From an uncultured cyanobacterium (lineage in GTDB: Bacteria; Cyanobacteriota; Cyanobacteriia; PCC-9006; JAAUQQ01): a stretch of DNA of 64,000 nucleotides. The position numbers and the translations under genes were made by a program. The notes under the pieces are model-generated. The model made no database searches. It saw only the letters and a list, made by a program, of their open reading frames with translations, and was not told where the DNA came from. This document shows, piece after piece, positions 41,950 to 49,356 of this stretch (position 1 is its first letter; the number at the start of each line of letters is the position of its first letter). Location: contig OY970368.1 in NCBI GenBank assembly GCA_963718615.1, forward strand, positions 896,001 through 960,000, read 5' to 3'.

Positions 41950-43620
41950 ATGGTCACACCCTCTTCGGTTTCTACGTCGGTTTCTACGGCTGCTCTTTTT
42001 CCTGCTCCGTCCTCTTCGCTCGTGCTCTACGACACCACCCTGCGGGACGGGGCGCAGCGGGAAGGAATTGCCCTGTCGCTGGCGGATAAGCTGCGGATTG
42101 CTCAGGCCCTCGATCGCCTCGGAATTCCTTTTATCGAAGGGGGCTGGCCCGGTGCAAACCCAAAGGATGTGCAGTTTTTCTGGCAGCTCCAGCAACAGCC
42201 ACTTCAGCAGGCGGAAGTCGTGGCCTTTTGCTCCACCTGTCGGCCAGGGCAGCGCGCGGATCAGGATGAGCTCCTCCAGGGCATTTTGGCGGCGGGAACG
42301 CGCTGGGTAACGGTTTTTGGCAAGTCCTGGGATTTGCACGTCACGGAAGGGCTCAAAACCACGCTGGAGGAAAATCTGCGGCTGATCCGAGACAGCATTG
42401 TCTATTTGCGCAGTCAGGGTCGCCGGGTAATTTACGATGCCGAGCATTGGTTTGATGGCTATTGTCAGAACCCGGACTATGCGGTCAAAACCCTGGAGGC
42501 AGCGTTGGATGCGGGAGTGGAGTGGCTGACGCTGTGCGATACCAATGGGGGAATGTTGCCCCATGAGGTCACTGAAATTGTGCAGGCAACCCGTAAAGCC
42601 CTAGGAGCCCTGCCACCGCTGGGCATTCATACCCACAATGATTCGGAGACGGCGGTGGCAAATGCGATCGCCGCTGTCCAAGCAGGAGCCACCCTCGTCC
42701 AAGGCACGATCAACGGCTACGGCGAACGCTGCGGTAATGCCAACCTCTGTGCCCTCATCCCCAATCTTCAACTCAAGTTGGGTTACGACTGTCTGCAGCC
42801 CGAGCAGCTTCAAACCCTAACCTCTACGAGTCGTCTCATCAGCGAAATTGTCAACTTGGCCCCAGACGACCACGCCGCCTTCGTGGGGCAATCCGCCTTT
42901 GCCCACAAGGGCGGCATCCATGTCAGTGCCGTTGAGCGCAATCCTCGGACCTACGAGCATGTTTCTCCCACAACCGTTGGCAATAGCCGCCGCATTGTGA
43001 TTTCTGAGCAATCGGGGCTGAGCAACTTGATCGCGAAGGCTCGCAGTTTTGGCCTAGACCTAGACCGGCAGGCTCCCGCCACGCGGCAGTTGCTCCAGCG
43101 ACTGAAGGAATTGGAACACAAAGGCTATCAATTTGAAGCAGCGGAGGCCAGTTTTGAATTACTGATGCGGGAGTATTTGGGTGGGCGAGACCCTATTTTT
43201 ACCCTTGGCGAATTTCAGGTTCACTGCGGCCACCGGGGCGAACGGCTTTCTTCCTTGGCGACGGTCAAAGTCAGCGTCAATGGTCAAGACATTTTGCAAG
43301 CGGGAGAAGGCAATGGTCCGGTGGACGCGCTGGATAAGGCCCTACGGACGGCGCTGGAAACCTTTTATCCAGCGGTCTCGCAATTTTATTTAACGGATTA
43401 CAAAGTTCGAATTCTCGATAGCTCCGCTGGTACGGCTGCAACCACTCGTGTTCTGGTGGAATCGAGCAATGGGGAACAGCGGTGGACAACGCTAGGGGTT
43501 TCGACGAATATTATTGAGGCATCCTATGAGGCGGTGGTGGAGGGCTTAGAATATGGGTTGTTGCTGGAACAACGACAAGTGCGCACGACTTCTAGCCCGG
43601 TTGCTGGAACAATGGGGTGA
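41950..43620 (+). CDS. cimA: Citramalate synthase
   Basis: YDTTLRDGAQREG, IEGGWPGANPKD, YDAEHWFDG, GIHTHND, AFAHKGGIH, GYQFEAAEASFEL. Confidence 0.94.
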   Translation: MVTPSSVSTSVSTAALFPAPSSSLVLYDTTLRDGAQREGIALSLADKLRIAQALDRLGIPFIEGGWPGANPKDVQFFWQLQQQPLQQAEVVAFCSTCRPGQRADQDELLQGILAAGTRWVTVFGKSWDLHVTEGLKTTLEENLRLIRDSIVYLRSQGRRVIYDAEHWFDGYCQNPDYAVKTLEAALDAGVEWLTLCDTNGGMLPHEVTEIVQATRKALGALPPLGIHTHNDSETAVANAIAAVQAGATLVQGTINGYGERCGNANLCALIPNLQLKLGYDCLQPEQLQTLTSTSRLISEIVNLAPDDHAAFVGQSAFAHKGGIHVSAVERNPRTYEHVSPTTVGNSRRIVISEQSGLSNLIAKARSFGLDLDRQAPATRQLLQRLKELEHKGYQFEAAEASFELLMREYLGGRDPIFTLGEFQVHCGHRGERLSSLATVKVSVNGQDILQAGEGNGPVDALDKALRTALETFYPAVSQFYLTDYKVRILDSSAGTAATTRVLVESSNGEQRWTTLGVSTNIIEASYEAVVEGLEYGLLLEQRQVRTTSSPVAGTMG

Positions 43621-43626
43621 ATTCAC

Positions 43627-45156
43627 GTGAGTCTTTCTCTCATCACTCGGGCGACGGAACAGAGCGACAACACCGCTATCGTCACCGCCGAAGGACAGTT
43701 TACCTACTCCGATCTCCTTCGCCGTTCCGGTCAAATCGCCACCCAGTTGCTCAAGGGTGGCGAGGGTTTCGATGCCAACGGTCTTGATGATTTGCAAGAA
43801 CAGCGGGTCGCCTTTCTCATGCCTTCCGGCTTTGACTATGTCGCAACCCAATGGGGAATCTGGCGAGCGGGGGGCATTGCGGTGCCTTTGTGCGTTATCC
43901 ATCCGCGCCCTGAGCTGGACTATGTGATTACGAATGCTGGTGCATCGATTGTGGTTGCCCATCCCGAATTTGAGGCCCTGCTACGCCCGATCGCAGCAAC
44001 CCACGGCTTGCGCTTCATCCTCACTTCAGAACGACTTCCCGCCGCTATCGCGAAGCTGCCAGACTTAGATCTAAGCAGACGGGCCTTAATTCTCTACACG
44101 AGCGGTACCACCGGCAAACCGAAGGGTGTTGTCATGACCCATGGCAATATTCAGGCCCAGGTCACTAGCTTGGTGACCGCTTGGGGGTGGGGGGAGCGCG
44201 ATCGCATTCTCCATGTCCTCCCGCTGCACCATATCCACGGCATTATCAATGTCTTGACCTGTGCCCTGTGGGTTGGGGCCGAGTGTCATATGCTCGCCAA
44301 ATTTGAGGCCGAAACCGTTTGGGAGCGCATTGCCCAAGGCGATCTAACTTTATTTATGGCGGTGCCGACCATCTATGCCAAATTAATCGCAGCCTGGGAA
44401 CAAGCCTCCGGCGAACAGCAGCAGCTCCGCTCCCAAGCCTGTGGCAAAATGCGATTAATGGTGTCCGGCTCCGCTGCCTTGCCCGTCCAATTGTTAGAGC
44501 GCTGGGCGGGGATCAGCGGCCATTTCCTGCTGGAGCGCTATGGCATGACCGAAATTGGCATGGCCCTTTCTAATCCCCTTCAGGGTCAGCGACGGGCGGG
44601 GTTTGTGGGACAACCCTTGCCCCAGGTTGAGGTGCGATTGGTGGATGACCATGGGAGTGCTGTTCCCAGTGGAACCTCCGGTGAAATTCAGGTCAAAGGT
44701 CCGGGGGTCTTTCTGGAATATTGGGAGAACCCAGACGCCACAGCCAAGGCGTTTCAATCGGGTTGGTTTTGTACGGGAGACTTGGCGATCGTTGAGGAAG
44801 ATTGCTATCGCATTTTGGGGCGAATGAGCGTCGATATTATCAAAACCGGCGGCTATAAAGTTTCGGCCTTAGAAATCGAAGAAGTCCTCCGCACCCATCC
44901 CGATATTCAAGACTGTGCCGTGGTGGGCGTGGCTGATCCAGAGTGGGGCGAGCGGGTTTGTGCGGCTTTGGTGCTGAAGGATCAGGCAGAATTAAGGATT
45001 GAAGACTTTCGCCGTTGGGCTAAAGATTATCTCGCGGTTTATAAAGTGCCCAGTCGGATTTTGGCGATCGCCGAACTCCCCCGCAATGCCATGGGAAAAG
45101 TCACCAAACCCGCCGTCGCTAAACTCTTTTCATCCCCCTTGATAGACCCTATCTAA
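43627..45156 (+). CDS. Acyl-CoA synthetase (malonyl-CoA synthetase MatB/ACSF3-like)
   Basis: YTSGTTGKPKG, LPLHHIHG, LERYGMTEIGM, IIKTGGYKVSALEIE, PRNAMGKV. Confidence 0.9.
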   Translation: MSLSLITRATEQSDNTAIVTAEGQFTYSDLLRRSGQIATQLLKGGEGFDANGLDDLQEQRVAFLMPSGFDYVATQWGIWRAGGIAVPLCVIHPRPELDYVITNAGASIVVAHPEFEALLRPIAATHGLRFILTSERLPAAIAKLPDLDLSRRALILYTSGTTGKPKGVVMTHGNIQAQVTSLVTAWGWGERDRILHVLPLHHIHGIINVLTCALWVGAECHMLAKFEAETVWERIAQGDLTLFMAVPTIYAKLIAAWEQASGEQQQLRSQACGKMRLMVSGSAALPVQLLERWAGISGHFLLERYGMTEIGMALSNPLQGQRRAGFVGQPLPQVEVRLVDDHGSAVPSGTSGEIQVKGPGVFLEYWENPDATAKAFQSGWFCTGDLAIVEEDCYRILGRMSVDIIKTGGYKVSALEIEEVLRTHPDIQDCAVVGVADPEWGERVCAALVLKDQAELRIEDFRRWAKDYLAVYKVPSRILAIAELPRNAMGKVTKPAVAKLFSSPLIDPI

Positions 45157-45176
45157 ACCCATGAACGATGCTCGGC

Positions 45177-47234
45177 CTAATCCCCCGATTCCACAATCCA
45201 ATTCAACGCATATTCAACTCGCTTCTGCCCGCCGTTCACCACCACAAATTCGTACAGTCCCGTTTCCGCTAGCGTTCCCTCCCAGTGGTAATCCCCAGAG
45301 AGAGACTGGAGAGCAGACCGCTGGGCAGTTGGGGGATAAATGGCTAAACTCAAACCGGGAGGAGCTTCCAGGGTGACGCGCAAATGCTGACCGGCTTTGA
45401 GATTGGCGATCGCCACCCTCCCCGACTGCGGCTCTACTCCTTTGCGCCAATAGCCATTCCCCGCCGCATCAATCGCCACAGTTGCCAAAGCATCTCCCTG
45501 GGTCACCGCCACGACCTGATCCTTCGCCATGGCCCGCCAAAGCTGATCGATGGCCCCATGGCCATCCCCCGGTTTACGAAGCGATTGCAGCTCGGGAAAG
45601 CGATCGCGAAACCCCAGATCCACCAGATCGTAAAGCGCTCGGCTACTGAGAGATTTTTGATTGACCTGGGCAATCCAGCCCTGGAGAACGCCGTCGCTGT
45701 AGGTTCCCAGTTGCGATCGCTGCTCAGGACTCAGCCGCGCTAACCGATCTAACCACTCCGCCGCCAAGGCATCCCAGGCGGCTCGTAGGGGGGCATCTTC
45801 AGGGGTCGTGCTCAAGTTGCGTCCGGCAAGGTCCGGGTGCGTGGCGTAAAAACTTTCGTTGATCAGTTGGTTATAAAAGGATGGGGGGATGTTGAGGCGA
45901 TCGCGCGCTTGCGTCAAAGCTTGTTTACGAGCCAACTCTTCGGCAGAAAGGGGCGGGGGTTCAGGACTGGTTTCCGGGATGGGGGTGGGGGATGGGGGGG
46001 CGAGGGATGGCGTGAGGGTGACGGCTGCGGGGTTGGGGTTCGGGAGCTGGTTTTGGCGGTGCAGGATCCCATAGGCGGTGCCTAGGGCCAGGATTGCTAA
46101 TACAATAATCTGTCCCCAAGACCGGGACCCAAGCCAAAACCTAGGGCGCTGGGAGGGGGCGGGGCTCGTTTGGGCAGGGGGGGGAGCTGTCACGGGGCCT
46201 TGGATGAGGTTCTGGGTAACGGAACTTTGGGTGACGGCACTTTGGGTAACGGAACTTTGGGTGATGGAACTTTGGGTTTTGAGCTGGGAGACCGCGACGA
46301 TTTGCGCTAGGTCCTGGAGGGCGGCGGCGGCGCTGGGGTAGCGATTGGCAGGGCGGAGTGCAACCATGCGGTAGAGGACGTTGCCTAGCCCTGGATTAAG
46401 GGGTAACGTTTGGGGCCAGGTCCATTCCAACGTATGAACATCCATCAGCCGCTGGGGTTCCCAGCCGCTCAGAAGCGTCAGCGCGGTTACGCCCAGAGCA
46501 TAAACATCACTGTGGGGAAACACCGCCCCATGCTGCATTTGTTCCGGCGGCGCATAGCCCAGTTTGCCCAGACGGGTGCCGTGAACGGTTGTCGCCTGGG
46601 CGGCGCTCGGGCTCATCATTTGCGAGAGCACGGTGACAGCGGCCTGTTTGACCGCCCCAAAGTCGATCAGCACGGGTAAACCGTCGGGTCGCTGGATTAA
46701 ATTATCCGGTGCAATATCCCGGTGAATCATGCCCTGCTGGTGCAGATAGTCCAGCACTGGCAAAATCTGCCGCAACAGCAAGGCTACTTCCGCTTCGCTC
46801 AGGGTTTGGCCCTGGCGCTGTCGCTCCTGGAGCCAGGTTTGGTAGGTGCGTCCTTCGATGTAGTCTTGCACCAAAAACAAATAGTCGTAGCCGCCAAACG
46901 GAAGCCGCCGCAGTTCGCGGAACTTGGGAATTTGCGGATGATCGAGGCGGTAAAGGACCCCCGCTTCCCGCTCAAATAGCCGCTGGGCCTTTTCTAACCC
47001 GGCAGTTCCCTGGACCTGAGGGGCAAACTCCTTCAGCACGCAGGTTTCGTCAAACCGCTGGGTGTCCTTGGCCAGATAGCTGCGGCCAAAGCCGCCTTGA
47101 CCGAGCATTCGGAGGATGCAGTAGCGATCGCCCAACAAAGCCCCCGAAGGAATGATCGGTGCAAACAGCGAAGGGGAATGGGGGAGGGGAGTCACCATAG
47201 GAATTATCCAGCGCAGGATGGGCGATCGCACCAA
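45177..47234 (-). CDS. Membrane Ser/Thr protein kinase (Spk family)
   Basis: LGQGGFG, VLKEF, HRDIAPDN, DFG, GYAPPEQ; TM helix; extracytoplasmic C-terminal domain. Confidence 0.94.
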   Translation of the reverse strand: MVRSPILRWIIPMVTPLPHSPSLFAPIIPSGALLGDRYCILRMLGQGGFGRSYLAKDTQRFDETCVLKEFAPQVQGTAGLEKAQRLFEREAGVLYRLDHPQIPKFRELRRLPFGGYDYLFLVQDYIEGRTYQTWLQERQRQGQTLSEAEVALLLRQILPVLDYLHQQGMIHRDIAPDNLIQRPDGLPVLIDFGAVKQAAVTVLSQMMSPSAAQATTVHGTRLGKLGYAPPEQMQHGAVFPHSDVYALGVTALTLLSGWEPQRLMDVHTLEWTWPQTLPLNPGLGNVLYRMVALRPANRYPSAAAALQDLAQIVAVSQLKTQSSITQSSVTQSAVTQSSVTQNLIQGPVTAPPPAQTSPAPSQRPRFWLGSRSWGQIIVLAILALGTAYGILHRQNQLPNPNPAAVTLTPSLAPPSPTPIPETSPEPPPLSAEELARKQALTQARDRLNIPPSFYNQLINESFYATHPDLAGRNLSTTPEDAPLRAAWDALAAEWLDRLARLSPEQRSQLGTYSDGVLQGWIAQVNQKSLSSRALYDLVDLGFRDRFPELQSLRKPGDGHGAIDQLWRAMAKDQVVAVTQGDALATVAIDAAGNGYWRKGVEPQSGRVAIANLKAGQHLRVTLEAPPGLSLAIYPPTAQRSALQSLSGDYHWEGTLAETGLYEFVVVNGGQKRVEYALNWIVESGD
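46213..46276. repeat. 15-bp in-frame tandem repeat x4
   Basis: TGGGTRAYGGMACTT units encoding TQSSI/TQSSV/TQSAV in the kinase linker. Confidence 0.9.
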
Positions 47235-47340
47235 AAGTCGCCACCACTAACGATAGGATAAAACACAGACCGCTGCTGAAAACCGCGCCGTCGGCAACTT
47301 GTTCTAATCCTTAAGTTTGGCTGCCCAGGTACCCACTGTG

Positions 47341-48453
47341 ATGAAATCGATTATCCCCGTCCCATTGCCCCAACAGTCCTACAACATCGCCATTGTGCCC
47401 GGCGGCTTGGCGCAGCTAGGGGATTGGATGGTGGTCCAGGATGGGGGGTTGAATCTGGGCAAAAAGGTGTTGCTGGTGTCCAATCCGGAGATTTTTGCAG
47501 TTTATGGCGATCGCGCCTGCCAATCTCTCCAAGCCGCAGGCTTTGACGTGGCGACTCACCTGATCCCAGCGGGGGAAGAACACAAACACCTGGGCTCGAT
47601 CCAAGCGCTCTACGACAGCGCCTTAAACCACAAGCTGGAGCGCTCTTCCACGCTGGTGGCCCTGGGCGGTGGCGTAATTGGCGATATGACGGGGTTCGCG
47701 GCGGCAACCTGGCTGCGGGGGATTAACTTTGTCCAGGTGCCGACGTCGCTATTGGCCATGGTCGATGCTTCAATTGGCGGCAAAACGGGGGTGAATCATC
47801 CCCAGGGGAAAAACCTGATTGGGGCGTTTTATCAACCGAAGCTGGTTCTCATTGACCCGACGGTCTTGGCAACGCTACCGGAGCGGGAGTTTCGAGCGGG
47901 AATGGCGGAAGTGATCAAATACGGGGTGATTTGGTCGGCGGAGCTGTTTGAAGCCTTGGAGCGCAATGAGCGATTGATGCAGCTAGAAGACCTGAGCCCG
48001 GAGTTGCAAACGGCGATTCTGGACCATTCCTGTCGGGCCAAGGCAGAGGTGGTGGGGAAGGACGAAAAGGAATCGGGGTTGCGGGCGATTTTGAATTACG
48101 GCCACACCATCGGCCACGCGGTGGAGAGTCTGACGGGCTACACCGTGGTCAATCATGGGGAAGCGGTGGGGATTGGTATGGTGGCGGCGGGTCATTTGGG
48201 TGTGGCGTTGGGGCTGTGGGATGAAGCCTCGAATGGGCGGCAGTTGGCGCTGATTGAAAAGGCGGGGTTGCCGACGCAATTACCGGCGGGGATTGATCTG
48301 GAAGCGATTATTGATGCTTTGCAAAGTGATAAGAAGGTAAAGGCTGGAAAAGTGCGGTTTATTTTGCCCCAGGCGATCCGTTCTGTGGTGATCACCGATG
48401 AGGTTTCGCGGGAGGTGTTGCGGGAGGTGTTGGCGGGGATGGAAAAATTTTAA
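47341..48453 (+). CDS. aroB: 3-dehydroquinate synthase
   Basis: [57 protein letters not shown]. Confidence 0.97.
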   Translation: MKSIIPVPLPQQSYNIAIVPGGLAQLGDWMVVQDGGLNLGKKVLLVSNPEIFAVYGDRACQSLQAAGFDVATHLIPAGEEHKHLGSIQALYDSALNHKLERSSTLVALGGGVIGDMTGFAAATWLRGINFVQVPTSLLAMVDASIGGKTGVNHPQGKNLIGAFYQPKLVLIDPTVLATLPEREFRAGMAEVIKYGVIWSAELFEALERNERLMQLEDLSPELQTAILDHSCRAKAEVVGKDEKESGLRAILNYGHTIGHAVESLTGYTVVNHGEAVGIGMVAAGHLGVALGLWDEASNGRQLALIEKAGLPTQLPAGIDLEAIIDALQSDKKVKAGKVRFILPQAIRSVVITDEVSREVLREVLAGMEKF

Positions 48454-48540
48454 AATTAAAAAATAAAAAAAAACGCGCTGCGCGCGCAAGAGGAGAAAAG
48501 ACCCAAGGGCAGAGGGCAAAAGGTTAAGAAGTGTAAAGTG

Positions 48541-48669
48541 CTAGTGAGTCCTCGCGCTAACACACACCACCCGAAACCCGCAGTAGTAGTTGCGATTGTC
48601 GGGCGAAGCGTTGTTGCGGGAGGCCGAGCGGCAGTCCCTCGGAGATCTGAGCCACGAACCGCCCCGCAG
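48541..48669 (-). pseudogene. Orphan FGE-sulfatase (C-type lectin fold) C-terminus, DGR variable-region-like
   Basis: Minus strand reads LRGGSWLRSPRDCRSASRNNASPDNRNYYCGFRVVCVSARTH*; no upstream GNVWEW part; followed by a pyrimidine tract and a GCGCGCGCAGCGCG hairpin. Confidence 0.82.
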
Positions 48670-49109
48670 GCAAACTTTTGTCGAGTGGGTCACCCATGCT
48701 CGGTCTCGTTCGGTCTGGTCACAGGCATTTTATCAACAGCAACGACTGTCGGGTAAATCCCATCAAAAGGCCATTCGTGCTTTGGCTTATAAATGGGGGC
48801 GGATTCTTTGGCGATGTTGGCAGGATAGGACTCCTTATGATGAGGAAAAGTATCTCGCTGCTCTCCGGCGCAAAAACTCTCCTTTGGTCGCTCTTTTACC
48901 GGATTAGTTCTCTATCTTGTTGCTCGATTGAACTGCTTTAGGTTTTGAACCAATCGAATACAAAAAATACGAAGATGGCTCTGATAGACCAGTTTGGCTG
49001 ATACTCAAAACTGACTATTAGGTGGTTTGCGCTGGCTTCAATTCGCTCGGATATTACATCAGAGTTATTTTGTATCTTCTCTATTGACCCTGTCCGCCTC
49101 AGGGCCTAT
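48666..49109 (+). mobile_element. IS110 family remnant: transposase C-terminus plus 3' non-coding end
   Basis: RQTFVEW..SVWSQAFYQQQRLSGKSHQKAIRALAYKWGRILWRCWQDRTPYDEEKYL..SPL to TAG at 48907; N-terminal DEDD domain absent; right boundary inferred. Confidence 0.78.
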
Positions 49110-49119
49110 GTTATGCTGC
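49110..49119 (-). other. R'' box of the interrupted attC of cassette 2
   Basis: Minus strand GCAGCATAAC is the exact reverse complement of GTTATGCTGC at the start of this cassette (52286-52277); no complementary L'/R' arm found. Confidence 0.7.
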
Positions 49120-49356
49120 AATCTGGGCATAATGTGTTCCCCAAAATTTATCGGTTGGGCAGTAGAAGTTGTGGTTGGGAATGCATCCTACAAGCTCGGA
49201 GATTGCATTTCATCCCTAAAGCTGACTTCATAGAATCTTGAGCAAACTTGGGTAGCACGCCAGCCTGATTTTTTAATCAAATCGCTGATGACTCTATAGC
49301 CGTTTACATGAGGTAGATAGTTAATTTGGAACAGTTGAGCTAAAGAATACTTTCAG

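Noticed and set aside
45177-47234. Ser/Thr kinase as the DGR target gene
   Set aside because: Its C-terminus has no RGGSW..GFRV FGE domain and aroB separates it from the VR-like segment.
48553-48561. GTTAGCGC in the VR-like segment is identical to the attI core
   Set aside because: An 8-bp match inside a coding motif with no attC arms around it; likely chance.
48590-48907. 105-aa ORF as an intact gene
   Set aside because: Chimeric: the first ~25 codons are the antisense of the VR-like segment and the rest is an IS110 C-terminus.
48932-49021. Short frame LGFEPIEYKKYEDGSDRPVWLILKTDY resembling a protein C-terminus
   Set aside because: No start codon and a stop directly upstream; too short to support, though it could be a decayed passenger fragment.
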